Part shown: piece by piece, positions 18,874-28,928 of the stretch
Position numbering within the stretch: position 1 is the first letter of the stretch
Layout: each line of letters begins with the position of its first letter
Assembly (NCBI GenBank): GCA_963719515.1
Contig: CAVRCJ010000010.1
Coordinates: forward strand, 224,001 to 288,000
DNA length: 64,000 nt
Direction: 5' to 3'
Source of the DNA: an uncultured cyanobacterium
GTDB taxonomy: Bacteria > Cyanobacteriota > Cyanobacteriia > CAKZMO01
Notes under the pieces: generated by a model
What the model saw: only the letters and a program-made list of their open reading frames with translations
Told to the model about the DNA's origin: nothing
Database searches by the model: none
Position numbers and translations under genes: made by a program

Positions 18874-21800
18874 TTAGGCAGAGGGGGCTTGGGCAGGCGG
18901 TTTAGACGTCTGGCTGCGATAGCGATCGCTGACGCCCTTCAGCTCTGGTAGGTACGGCACGTCGTCGCCGAAGGTCTTTTGGTCGGAGTGGACGCGGTAC
19001 AGCGCCAAGGCGTCGGGGCTGTGAACCAGGGTAGCGCCCTGCTGGGCCATCCGCACCCAAAGATCGTAGTCCATGCTGTAGAACAGTCCTTCATCCAGCT
19101 GTCCGCCAGACCGCTGCCACAGATCTTGGGTCCAAAATACCTCAGGCTGGTAGAAAAATTCGCCTCGGTGCCAGCAGTTTTCAATGTCTAGCAAATCTTC
19201 AAGCGGCAGCGGCACCTTCTGACCCACGGGGAACTTGCTGCGGTGGGTTTTGTAGGGGGTGTCCCGGTAATCTTGAATCAGCTGACAGCCGCCCACCACT
19301 ATATCCGTTTGATAGGTCTCAAAGGCGATCGCCACCCGCGCTAGGGTATGGGGCAAGTAGCGATCGTCGCTGTTGAGCCAGGCCAAAATGTCGCCCGTGG
19401 CCCGAGAGAAGCCTTTGTTTAATGCATTAGACTGGCCGCTGTCGGGCTCGCTAACCCAGTAGGATAGCTCGCTGTCGTACCGACTCAAAATCGAACGCGT
19501 CTCGTCCGTTGAGCCGCCGTCAATAACGATGTATTCCAGGTTGGGGTAGCCCTGCCCCAGCACCGAGCGAATGGTCTCTTCAATGAACTGGCCGTGGTTA
19601 AAGCTGACGGTGACGATGGAAATCTTTGGCCAGGGACGGCCCGACGGCATCACTTCGGGCAGCGGAGGTGGGCAGTGCCAGGGCCAGCGCTGCCCTTGGG
19701 CTAGGGGCTCTGGGCGATAGAGGGGGTCGACCCACTGGGCGGGCGGACTGTGGTAGTAGCTTACGGGGCCAAGCTGGGCGACGGGAGAATCTAACCCTGG
19801 AAGCTGCGGCTCAAAGTCAACGGTGCCCTCCGTCTGGACCACTAAGAGCTGCGTATCGGGGGCCAGCCGTCCCGCTAGGAGATGTTGGTCGAGTGGTGCC
19901 GTCATCGCGTCAATGCAAAGCAGGCTGCACCAGCTCGATAGAGGAGACTTTAGCGAGGTCAGCCAGTCAGCAAGATGAGACTGAACCGCTATGCCATAGC
20001 TCTCTAGCTCCTCTGCTATGGCCCTATCGATGCAGACGAGCTGACCCCCTGCCGATGTGAGCTGCAGCAGCAGGGGAATCACTTGCCGGACGGGGTCAAT
20101 GGCCAGCACCGAAGCCGGCTCCGACATCAGCCGCTCTATCGTCTCTAGGGCGAAATCATCTTTCACAATGTCGATGTTGAGGCTACGGGCAACAACAACG
20201 GCAGTCGTTGGGCTAGATTGAATAGCCTGATCGGGGGTAGCGATCGGTTCTGGGTCGCCAGAGGAGGATTGTTCTATTTGGGGCGATCGCGCTACAGAAG
20301 GGGTAGGTTTTGGCTGGGGCTGTCCAGTCGCTAGAGCGCTCTGCTGGGCTTTTGATCCTCTAGAGGCGGCTGCAGCTTCTATCACGGAAGACAGACCTAG
20401 GCGACGCAGCAGCGATTTGAGCAGCTGCTTAAACGCCACGCGCCCGACCTGAAGACGAGCTATCTCTTGGTTGAGGGACTCAATCTGCTGCCGAGCGTTC
20501 TGCTTGACTTTGTTAGCCTGCTTTGTTTTGTTCTGAACCTGGCCCTCCAAGCGGCGGATCTTGGCCTTCTCTTCTTCAGCCTGTTGAATAAGACGAGAAT
20601 TGTAGCTATTAAGCTGAGACTGCTCTTTGTGGAGCTGATCGATAATCTTTGCCCGGCTTTTATCTACGTCATGTAGCTTTTCTCGGATCAGCAGTAGACC
20701 GCGCTCAAGCTCGGCTTTATCAGATTCCAGCCTAGCTTGAGCTGTAGAGGCAGCCTGGCGTTCAGAATGGCCCAACTGATTTAGCCCCTGCTTTTCTTCT
20801 TGAAAGTCTTGCTGCTGCTGGCTGAGCTGCTCTAGCAGCTGTTTCTTTTGCTGCTTTAAGTCGAACTGAAGACGGGCGGCCTCAACAGCGGTATCCCACT
20901 TGGTAATAATGTCTCGCGCAATGCCTATGCGATTGAAACTAGCCTCTTTGAGGCGAGAATTGACGGCGGCGAGGTCATGAACGGCGTACAGGTTTTTGTA
21001 GGCGTAGAGAGGGCGATTGGGTTCTTCAGCGAGCCGAAGCGTTGCGGGGTCGAAGTGGCAAACGGTATAGCCAAATGACTCAAAGCGCTCCCTTAGCTCT
21101 CTTGTACTGCTTCCGACCGCCTGCGCGTTCTCTTCCGTAAATTCAACCATCCACACCGGCAGCTTGTGGTCTGAGATGGATTGAGCTGCCCCGTTGAGGA
21201 CCGCTATTTCCCAACCTTCCACATCTAGCTTTGCTAGGGTAATTTGATCTGCTGTGTCTAAGCTGCAAAAGATGTCGTCGAGCGATCGCTGCTCAACAAG
21301 TACGGCTTGGCTGCCAACTTGTTGAGTCGTGTTGGCGGCAGAAAAGGTGCTAAAAGCCGACATTCCCGCCGTGCCCAAAAATAGCTCGGCATACCCACTC
21401 TTTTCGGAAAGCCCAATGTTCAAGACATGCTCTACGTTCCCGCCACAGGACGCTATATTGTCCTTCAGTAAACTGAAGCACAGCGGGTTGGGCTCTACGG
21501 CAATAATTTGACCCGTTGATTCTGTTGCCTTGGCCGCGACGCAGGAGAAGATGCCCACATGGGCTCCGCAGTCTAAAAACGAATCTCCACTGCGGAGATA
21601 GAGCCATAAAAATGCCTGCTCAAGGCCCTCGAATACGCCCTCTTCAAGGAGCTTGCCTACGTGGTCGCCCTGAGGAAATTCGAGGGTTCCCACAAAGGGT
21701 AGATCGACCTCTAACCGCTGAGACCAAGAAGACGAGAGCGGATAGCGATTGACTCGGGAAAATTCTAGGTTTTCTTCTAGGTTGTCGGTTTGCGACGTTT

Positions 21801-22326
21801 CGGAAACATAGCGGAATCCTCTTGCCTCAAGATAGTCGATAATCTGCGCTTTGCGAGCGGCGCCTTTATAAAGTGGTGAGAGTTGAACCTCTAAAATAAT
21901 CCGCTTGATGCGGCTGATTGCATCACCAGCCCCTTTGAGCACGGCAAAGTCGTTACCCTGAGTGTCAATTTTGAGCAGGTCAATCTCTTCAATAGACTGC
22001 TGTTCAATAAATCGGTCGAGCCGAATAACAGGAACTATGATTGTGGCTTCGGTGGCTAGCTGCACCGAGTACTTCTTCCAATCATCAGTACAGTCTGACT
22101 CTAAAAGCGAAGAGGTCTGTTTGTCTGCATTGACGTAAAAGGTCTGCGCGCCTTCTGTATCCGAAACCGCAGCGCAAGTCACATTGAGATTCTTTTTGCT
22201 GAGGGAGCGTAGAGCATCAGCAAGTTCGGGAATAGGCTCAATAGCATAGACGATGTTATGCTCATCCTGAGCGAATGGCAACGCGAACGCTCTTCCATCA
22301 TGAGCCCCAACATCAATCACGATCAT
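18874..22326 (-). CDS. Multidomain protein: two FkbM methyltransferase domains, coiled coil, C-terminal GT2
   Basis: IDVGAH...KIDTQG; LDCGAHVG...KLDVEG; ISIVTVSFN...IDGGSTD...WLNSDD...MDYDLW. Confidence 0.88.
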   Translation of the reverse strand: MIVIDVGAHDGRAFALPFAQDEHNIVYAIEPIPELADALRSLSKKNLNVTCAAVSDTEGAQTFYVNADKQTSSLLESDCTDDWKKYSVQLATEATIIVPVIRLDRFIEQQSIEEIDLLKIDTQGNDFAVLKGAGDAISRIKRIILEVQLSPLYKGAARKAQIIDYLEARGFRYVSETSQTDNLEENLEFSRVNRYPLSSSWSQRLEVDLPFVGTLEFPQGDHVGKLLEEGVFEGLEQAFLWLYLRSGDSFLDCGAHVGIFSCVAAKATESTGQIIAVEPNPLCFSLLKDNIASCGGNVEHVLNIGLSEKSGYAELFLGTAGMSAFSTFSAANTTQQVGSQAVLVEQRSLDDIFCSLDTADQITLAKLDVEGWEIAVLNGAAQSISDHKLPVWMVEFTEENAQAVGSSTRELRERFESFGYTVCHFDPATLRLAEEPNRPLYAYKNLYAVHDLAAVNSRLKEASFNRIGIARDIITKWDTAVEAARLQFDLKQQKKQLLEQLSQQQQDFQEEKQGLNQLGHSERQAASTAQARLESDKAELERGLLLIREKLHDVDKSRAKIIDQLHKEQSQLNSYNSRLIQQAEEEKAKIRRLEGQVQNKTKQANKVKQNARQQIESLNQEIARLQVGRVAFKQLLKSLLRRLGLSSVIEAAAASRGSKAQQSALATGQPQPKPTPSVARSPQIEQSSSGDPEPIATPDQAIQSSPTTAVVVARSLNIDIVKDDFALETIERLMSEPASVLAIDPVRQVIPLLLQLTSAGGQLVCIDRAIAEELESYGIAVQSHLADWLTSLKSPLSSWCSLLCIDAMTAPLDQHLLAGRLAPDTQLLVVQTEGTVDFEPQLPGLDSPVAQLGPVSYYHSPPAQWVDPLYRPEPLAQGQRWPWHCPPPLPEVMPSGRPWPKISIVTVSFNHGQFIEETIRSVLGQGYPNLEYIVIDGGSTDETRSILSRYDSELSYWVSEPDSGQSNALNKGFSRATGDILAWLNSDDRYLPHTLARVAIAFETYQTDIVVGGCQLIQDYRDTPYKTHRSKFPVGQKVPLPLEDLLDIENCWHRGEFFYQPEVFWTQDLWQRSGGQLDEGLFYSMDYDLWVRMAQQGATLVHSPDALALYRVHSDQKTFGDDVPYLPELKGVSDRYRSQTSKPPAQAPSA

Positions 22327-22477
22327 CGTCGTTTTGTCTCAGCTGCTAATAACAATACAAGATTCACTTAGTAGGCCTTCGCTGCCTTCGAACTCCCGTA
22401 GCTTGGACAGGTCTCTGCTAGAAACTGTTCAGAACTGCTGGCGTTGGGGCTTGCTAGATGGGCTACGGATTTAGCCT

Positions 22478-23716
22478 TCAAGCAATAGGCCAAACGGACT
22501 GAAAAACCTTTTTCAACACAATCCATCGACTTCTCAGCTTCCAAAAGCGGCTAGACTGCACCATAAGCCTAAAGTTTTTTCCTCGGTTTGCTTCCTCTGT
22601 CACGTCTCTCAAGCGCTGGCGAAGCTGCTGAACTTTCTGACGGCTCTCTTCAAGCCTCTGCTTCAACAGCCTTTGCTGCTGGGCTGCACTCCTAGCCTTC
22701 TCCGCATCCGAACCCAGATCGCCGCTCAGCTTAGCGGTGATACTTTCTAGCTGCCGGAGGTAATCGCTTGGGATGCGCTTGAACGTCTCCCTGTCGGCGA
22801 AAATGCTGCTCGCCTCCCCCACGGATGCCAGAGAATACTGAACTTGATCGACTAATTTACAGGTCTCCTGCCGCAGCGCGTGGTAATCATGGGTTGCCAG
22901 CTCAAGATGAACTTGAGTGCGACCAAGCTGTTCCTTCACCGCTTCATACCTAGAGGTTTGATAACCGAGCCGCTCTAGGAGATCGCCAGTTTCATCTCGA
23001 AAGACTTCTTCAACGGATTCATCAAAATAGTGAACCCAATCTCCAACCAGTCCTTTCCGGTAGTGAGACGACGCATCTTCAACGCCCTGATGTCTTTGGG
23101 CCATCTGCCTGAAGCTATACCGCTTAAGGACCGCTTCTAAGGTGGATTTGGGGATTTTAATGCCGCAGTGGTCAAATAAAGCCTCGAAAATGTCGGTGTG
23201 CGCTGGGGCCGTCAGCTCTTCAAACTTGAATATTTTGATATTGTCGTCTTGCTTAGGGGCTTCGAGCCAAGAATGTATTGAGCTGAAGTATTGGGCTGAA
23301 GCGAGCTGACGGATTGAGAAAATTAGACCCTCTGTCGTCGAGAGGCTTCCCAAACTATTGCGGTGAGGCTGAATTTCATCAACTTGATCGTGAGAGTACC
23401 GGGCCGAAAAATACCAGGAGACGACTAGGTCTCGCGGATCTCTGACAACAAAAAAGGCTTTGTAGAGAGCAGGTTTTGGGATACTACAGAAGCTGGAATA
23501 GTTTATGTACAGTGGGGTAACCACTGTATCGTTAGGAAACGGCGTATCGAAGTGAAAGTCTGGCGAAAGCCTCGGCTTTTGTTCGGCGTCATTGATGTTT
23601 TCGTAAAAGTTGAAGGGCGATAATCCAGAGGCCCGAACGCACCTTGGATCGGAAAAAACCTTCCTAATCCACTGGCTTGCCGTTTTCTGAACGCAGCAGT
23701 GAAATACATTTACCAC
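22478..23716 (-). CDS. Sulfotransferase-domain protein with coiled coil and C-terminal SRFWKLR motif
   Basis: QKTASQW (5'-PSB), RDPRDLVVSWY (3'-PB), RKGLVGDW. Confidence 0.85.
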   Translation of the reverse strand: MVNVFHCCVQKTASQWIRKVFSDPRCVRASGLSPFNFYENINDAEQKPRLSPDFHFDTPFPNDTVVTPLYINYSSFCSIPKPALYKAFFVVRDPRDLVVSWYFSARYSHDQVDEIQPHRNSLGSLSTTEGLIFSIRQLASAQYFSSIHSWLEAPKQDDNIKIFKFEELTAPAHTDIFEALFDHCGIKIPKSTLEAVLKRYSFRQMAQRHQGVEDASSHYRKGLVGDWVHYFDESVEEVFRDETGDLLERLGYQTSRYEAVKEQLGRTQVHLELATHDYHALRQETCKLVDQVQYSLASVGEASSIFADRETFKRIPSDYLRQLESITAKLSGDLGSDAEKARSAAQQQRLLKQRLEESRQKVQQLRQRLRDVTEEANRGKNFRLMVQSSRFWKLRSRWIVLKKVFQSVWPIA

Positions 23717-24014
23717 GTCACCTTCTCCCTGGACAACTGTAATTCCAAAATGTTCTCGGGGCGAATTGAAAAAGGGAAAAGCTTAGAAATTCGAACGTTG
23801 CCGCAGTCAGCCGGTCCGCGATCAGCTGACCAACCCCAAGCTTAGTTTTCGGCAAATAGAAAACCGACTTTCACCTCGAACAGTTTAGAAGCGATCGCAC
23901 TCACGATATCAAAATAGTGTGCTTAAGCGGTAGGCCGCTACTGGCAGAGGTAAGTAGTTTAGCATCTGGGTACACCTTAGGTCAGTAGCGAAGGGGGGGC
24001 TACTGCCCAAATCG

Positions 24015-24764
24015 CTACTCAGTGCTCAGACGAGCGATCGCCCCCCCGTCCACTACGAGGGACTGACCGGTCATGAAGGACGAGTGGTCCGAGGCCAAGA
24101 AGAAGATCGCCTCCGCGATTTCATGTGGTTTCCCCACTCGGCCCGCCACCGTCTTCTGCCCCAAACGCTCTAGCAGCTCATCTACGCTTTCCCCTGCCAA
24201 ATGTCCCCGCTGCAGCCCAGCCTGCAGCATACCCGTATTCACCGCCCCCGGAAGCACTGCATTGACGCGAATATGGGGGGCAAATTCGAGGGCTAGAGCG
24301 CGGGTCAGGGCGAATAGGGCTCCCTTACTGGTGGCGTAGGCGGCGATGTTGACGGAGGTGGCGATCGCGTGAACTGAACTGACGTTAACGATACTGCCAC
24401 GAGTGGTCTGCAGCAGCGGGTGAGCCGCTTGGGCAAAGCAAAAGGCGGCCCTCACATTCACCGCCATGACTTGGTCCCACTCAGCGGGCGTCGTGTCCAA
24501 AACAGACTTACAAATCTGCAGCGCGGCGTTGTTGACCAGGCTGTGGAGCGGCGCGCCGCTGCGCTGAACGGAGGCGATCGCCTCCTGGATGGCCTCTGGG
24601 TGCGCCACGTCAACCTGAAGATACTGGTCTATGGCGGTCTGGGGCACCTCTGATTCTGGCTTACGATCAACTCCAATCACCGCCCAGCCGTGGCGCTTGA
24701 AGCATTGTGCCGTTGCGGCCCCAATGCCGCCCGCCGCTCCCGTGATTAACACAGCTTTGCTCAC
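24015..24764 (-). CDS. SDR family oxidoreductase
   Basis: TGAAGGIG, NNAA, YATSK. Confidence 0.93.
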   Translation of the reverse strand: MSKAVLITGAAGGIGAATAQCFKRHGWAVIGVDRKPESEVPQTAIDQYLQVDVAHPEAIQEAIASVQRSGAPLHSLVNNAALQICKSVLDTTPAEWDQVMAVNVRAAFCFAQAAHPLLQTTRGSIVNVSSVHAIATSVNIAAYATSKGALFALTRALALEFAPHIRVNAVLPGAVNTGMLQAGLQRGHLAGESVDELLERLGQKTVAGRVGKPHEIAEAIFFLASDHSSFMTGQSLVVDGGAIARLSTE

Positions 24765-25723
24765 GGCGTTTCTCCCGCCGCTGCCCGATCGAGATCCCGA
24801 ACCAGGTTGTCAATGGCAATTTGGTTAACGCGCAGCACAGCCTCGCGGGTATTGGAGCTGTTGTGGCTGCCTCGAATCACCTGGTCGAACTGGTTGAGGG
24901 CATGGTCTGCAGCGAGGGGTTCAACTTCAAAAACATCTAGGGCGGCGGCGGCAACTTTTCCGCTCTGCAGCGCTGAGACCAAAGCCGTTTCGTCAATCAG
25001 CGCCCCCCGGGCTACGTTCACAAGCCAAACGCCATCCTGCATTTGAGAAAACGCCTGTGAGTTAAGGAGGTGGTAGTTGTCCGGCGTCAGGTTGCAGGCC
25101 AGCACAATTAGATCGGAGCGCCTCAGCAGCGCCTCTAGCGCCACAGGCTGCAGGCCGGTTTCCCGGCAAAACGCCGCGTCGATGGGGAAGACGTCGTGAC
25201 CTAAGACTTCCATACCCACGACCTGAAGGCGGCGGGCGATCGCCTTGCCAATGCTGCCAACGCCGACGATTCCAGCGACCTTCCCCCGCAGGGACGTCCC
25301 CTGAATTTTGAGCCAGCTGCCCTGGCGGACGGCGGCATCCATGCGGTGAAGCTGACGCGCCAAGAGAATACTATAGCCCAGCGCCACATCCGCGACCTCG
25401 TCCCCAAAGGCGTTGGGCGTGTTTGACGTAAAAATGCCCAGCGCTTTAGCTCGCTTTAGGTCGATACCGTCTACCCCGATGCCCCACTTAGCCAGCGCCT
25501 TCAGCCTGCCGCTACGGCCAAGCTCTAGCACCTTTGCGGTGAATGGATCGTCTCCCGCAACCACCCCGTCGAACTCAGCAATAAGGTCACAAAGCGCCGC
25601 TTCGCTCATCTGCTGCTGGAACTCTGGAACATGGACGTCGAACCCTTCTTGCCGAAACCGCTCCCGGCAGCAATCTAGGGTCATAATCATCGGAGGACAG
25701 GTCACCAAAACGCGCCAGGTCAT
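24761..25723 (-). CDS. D-isomer-specific 2-hydroxyacid dehydrogenase (phosphoglycerate dehydrogenase-like)
   Basis: GVGSIG, NVARG, LDVFEVEP, SH; overlaps both neighbours by 4 bp. Confidence 0.9.
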   Translation of the reverse strand: MTWRVLVTCPPMIMTLDCCRERFRQEGFDVHVPEFQQQMSEAALCDLIAEFDGVVAGDDPFTAKVLELGRSGRLKALAKWGIGVDGIDLKRAKALGIFTSNTPNAFGDEVADVALGYSILLARQLHRMDAAVRQGSWLKIQGTSLRGKVAGIVGVGSIGKAIARRLQVVGMEVLGHDVFPIDAAFCRETGLQPVALEALLRRSDLIVLACNLTPDNYHLLNSQAFSQMQDGVWLVNVARGALIDETALVSALQSGKVAAAALDVFEVEPLAADHALNQFDQVIRGSHNSSNTREAVLRVNQIAIDNLVRDLDRAAAGETP

Positions 25724-26430
25724 ACGGTTTTCCTAACTTCGGAGAGCAGTGGCTGAGCGAGGGGGCTCCCGTGGCGATCGCGATAGAAGAACTCCGCCAC
25801 CCGAAAATCAATCTCTTCGTCAATGTCCCAAGCTTCGTCGCGCTCGACTTCAAACATCATGGGCCGGTGGCCAATGCGGTTCTTCCGCTCTTCTAAAATT
25901 TGCTTTGTAAAAATGTAGAGATTGGAATTTTCTTCATAAACGGGGGGGAGATCCTGGGTGCGGAGCAAAATTTCAGGATCGTGGTTGATCGCCTTGCCCT
26001 GCTTGTCGTACAGACGGGTTTGCAGTCGCGTCACGCCGAATAGGCTATCGTACTCCGGCTGATTGAGAAAAGCGGCGATCGCTTCAGAGACGGTAGACGA
26101 AGAGAGGAGTGGATTAGTGCTATGGGTCTGCAGGTAGTAATCGGCGCTCACCTGCGCGACGGCGTTGAGCAGCACGTCGTTCATTGGAGTGGCTCCATCG
26201 CGCAAGTGCTCCGGACGGTCTAACACTTTCACGCTGGGAAACTGCTGGGCTGCATCTTCTTTGATGATAGGGCTATCCGTATCGATGCAAACGAGATCGA
26301 TTTGGGGACAACTTAGCAGGGTTTCGGTGATGTAATGATAGAGCGGTCGTCCAGCGAAATCACGGTAATTTTTACCGGGGACCCGCTCGCTGGAGTGCCG
26401 CATGGGCACAAAGGCAACGATTTCGGTCAT
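25720..26430 (-). CDS. Acylneuraminate cytidylyltransferase family (NeuA/KdsB-like CMP-sugar synthetase)
   Basis: PMRHSSERVPGKN, QTHSTNP, RTQDL, DIDEEID. Confidence 0.9.
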   Translation of the reverse strand: MTEIVAFVPMRHSSERVPGKNYRDFAGRPLYHYITETLLSCPQIDLVCIDTDSPIIKEDAAQQFPSVKVLDRPEHLRDGATPMNDVLLNAVAQVSADYYLQTHSTNPLLSSSTVSEAIAAFLNQPEYDSLFGVTRLQTRLYDKQGKAINHDPEILLRTQDLPPVYEENSNLYIFTKQILEERKNRIGHRPMMFEVERDEAWDIDEEIDFRVAEFFYRDRHGSPLAQPLLSEVRKTV

Positions 26431-26493
26431 GGTAGAAAACTATTGGCGGGGTGACACATCCATTAAACCAGGACGTTGGTCCCCTGAGCGTCC

Positions 26494-27456
26494 TCAAAAT
26501 TCAATCTGGGCGTAGTCAACGGTGGCTCGCTCTGGAGCTTGGGGCTTGCTTTTATTGAGTCGGCGCAGCCCTCTAGGGTAGTAAAACGCCTGTTTGAGCT
26601 GACCTGTTAGCGGCGTCCGGTGAGTAAAGCCCCTGTAGGTGCCCCAAAACTGCATCAGGCGGAATGTCGCAATATCGGCCAGGTTGCTGGCAACAACGCC
26701 GTCGTGAATGGCGTGAAAGTAGTCGCTTAGCGTGTTGCTCGCAGCCAGCCACAGGAAGTCCCAAAGGGTAAAGGTCTCTCCGGGAAAAATCTTCTTAAGG
26801 GCGATCGCCTCTCGTCGATAGCGGTTGTAGATACGCTCGGGGGTTTCTTCGTGGACGTGAATAATCTCTGCGTCAGCGCTGTAAACGATATGATAGCCCT
26901 GCCCCATAACGCGCCTAGCCCAGTCAAGATCTTCTAGGCCGGTAAGCTCCTCGTCGTAGGGCAGCTGCTCCCAAAGCTCTCGGCGAATTGCGGCATTGGC
27001 GTTGTTGCAAAAGGGGTGGCGCTGACGCGGTCGTGATACTTCACCAAACCAGGCGGCAAACAGCTGGTGCTCTGAATACTGAGTCAGCTCATTCCCGCGC
27101 TGCTTGCCGTAGACTAGGGCAACGTCAGGAGTCTCAAAAGGTCGCAGCAGCTGCTCAAGCCAGTCTGTGTACACGGGATAAACATGGGCGCTAGCAATAG
27201 TAATGACCTCCCCGGTGGCCTGCTGGCAGCCTAAGTTGAGCGATCGCCCGAAAGAGAACTCTTCAGGGCGAATGGTTAATAGCTTGATGGGATAGCGAGT
27301 GGCGATGGCAACCGTAGCATCGGTGGAGCCGGAGTCTACGACGATGATTTCTAAGCTATCTTTGAGGGTCTGCTGCATCAGACCGCTCAGCAGACGTCCG
27401 ATGTGTTGTTCTTCGTTGTAGCACCGGATCACAACAGAACATCTAGGAATTCTCAT
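26494..27456 (-). CDS. Glycosyltransferase family 2
   Basis: SVVIRCYNE, VDSGSTD, LEDLDW. Confidence 0.9.
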   Translation of the reverse strand: MRIPRCSVVIRCYNEEQHIGRLLSGLMQQTLKDSLEIIVVDSGSTDATVAIATRYPIKLLTIRPEEFSFGRSLNLGCQQATGEVITIASAHVYPVYTDWLEQLLRPFETPDVALVYGKQRGNELTQYSEHQLFAAWFGEVSRPRQRHPFCNNANAAIRRELWEQLPYDEELTGLEDLDWARRVMGQGYHIVYSADAEIIHVHEETPERIYNRYRREAIALKKIFPGETFTLWDFLWLAASNTLSDYFHAIHDGVVASNLADIATFRLMQFWGTYRGFTHRTPLTGQLKQAFYYPRGLRRLNKSKPQAPERATVDYAQIEF

Positions 27457-27560
27457 GGCGATCGCTCACGATTTGTCTCAAGCTATCTCTGCCGTTTTAG
27501 GATAATTTGGCGTGCAGGGTGTGCGATCATTTCTTATATAATCTTCGCAGTTATCTAGGT

Positions 27561-28877
27561 CTAACTTTTGACAATGCGGCTCAGTGTCTCCACTTTCTTC
27601 TTAAGCGATGATGTCGCTTTTCTCCGATTAGTTCTTTCACTTTCAAGCTCCTTCAAGACGTAGTCTGCCTTTGATGCAGCATGTCCCACTAAGAGTAGCA
27701 GTAAGACTATGCCCATTGCTGCAACTCCCTGAGAGAAAGGCGCATCTAGAGAAAAAGCGGTAATACTGAGGAAAATAGCGCCAATCGCGACCAAGGCAGG
27801 CCATCGGCTATAGTAGCTAATCACGCCTTCAGCTAAAGCCTTGACTCGCTGAATGTAGGGCTTTGACGATTCCTCTGCTGGCACAGGAACGCTCCTCCCT
27901 ATGGACCTATTACGAATCGATTTGGCCTCAGTTTTAGCGTTGTCAAATTCTGGAATAGATCCTTTTGCAGGCGCGGAAGGCAATGAACTTAACTGCTGCA
28001 AACTGGGCGACTGCGAGATAGCCTCCGCTCGAGGCTTTAGCCTGACATGCTCAGGTCGTGATACTGCAGGTTGCGGCAGACTAGAAGGCGTAGAGCCGTC
28101 TAGCTCCGGAGAATCTGATAGATTTAGAGCAGAACCTGAATCACTGTCGGTTACCATAAACCAGGACTTTTTTTTCCCATCGTCCTCACCCTGAAGAGGC
28201 TTAAAGGCGACTAGCTTGATGGTGACGCTCTGGGCAACGGCTCGAATCGATTTGAGCGCTGGGGCGCTACGATTCCACTGGTTTAGCGTGATATCGGCAT
28301 TGGAAGCATAGCCGCACTTAAACGTGGCATGTCCGCTAACTTTCGGAATTGCCAACCATTCAAAGGAGCAGGCCTCAACTGCTTCTCGATACATATCGAT
28401 AAGTCGAGGCATATCTGCAGGGTCATCAAAAATATAGAGGTCAATAGCGTGGAGCATAACGCCACCAGGCTTCAAGATTCGATAGCAATCTGCAAAAAAG
28501 TCTTGAATATTTGGCTTTGGAATATGCTCGACAACAGATATGGAGAAGAGCACATCGAAGTAGTCGCTGGGAATCTCAGGATCAAACTCGCCCACATAAG
28601 AGCGAATCAGCTTTACGTTTGAAATGTCTGAGACACTGGTTGGCCCTAGCCCATACCCTTCTAGCTTATCAATATTCCAGCACTCATTTTGCTTACTCGT
28701 TTTTTTCAAGACTCTAGAGTTTCCGCCTCCAACTTCTACAATTGCAAGATTTTCCTTGTCCTGTAGTACAGAGAGAACCCAGGCATCTTGAATGCCTTTT
28801 AGAGTATAGTCTTTCGGATCGGCAACGCCCCTGTCGAGCCAACTGAAGTATTCTTGTTTAGCTATAATATCTAACAT
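27561..28877 (-). CDS. Class I SAM methyltransferase with low-complexity linker and C-terminal two-TM anchor
   Basis: EVGGG, FSISVVEH, RILKPGG; hydrophobic hairpin followed by a short coiled coil. Confidence 0.8.
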   Translation of the reverse strand: MLDIIAKQEYFSWLDRGVADPKDYTLKGIQDAWVLSVLQDKENLAIVEVGGGNSRVLKKTSKQNECWNIDKLEGYGLGPTSVSDISNVKLIRSYVGEFDPEIPSDYFDVLFSISVVEHIPKPNIQDFFADCYRILKPGGVMLHAIDLYIFDDPADMPRLIDMYREAVEACSFEWLAIPKVSGHATFKCGYASNADITLNQWNRSAPALKSIRAVAQSVTIKLVAFKPLQGEDDGKKKSWFMVTDSDSGSALNLSDSPELDGSTPSSLPQPAVSRPEHVRLKPRAEAISQSPSLQQLSSLPSAPAKGSIPEFDNAKTEAKSIRNRSIGRSVPVPAEESSKPYIQRVKALAEGVISYYSRWPALVAIGAIFLSITAFSLDAPFSQGVAAMGIVLLLLLVGHAASKADYVLKELESERTNRRKATSSLKKKVETLSRIVKS

Positions 28878-28928
28878 TGGATCTACCCTGAATGCTTAAT
28901 GAACCCTCAGCGTCTCACTTGCGACTGC

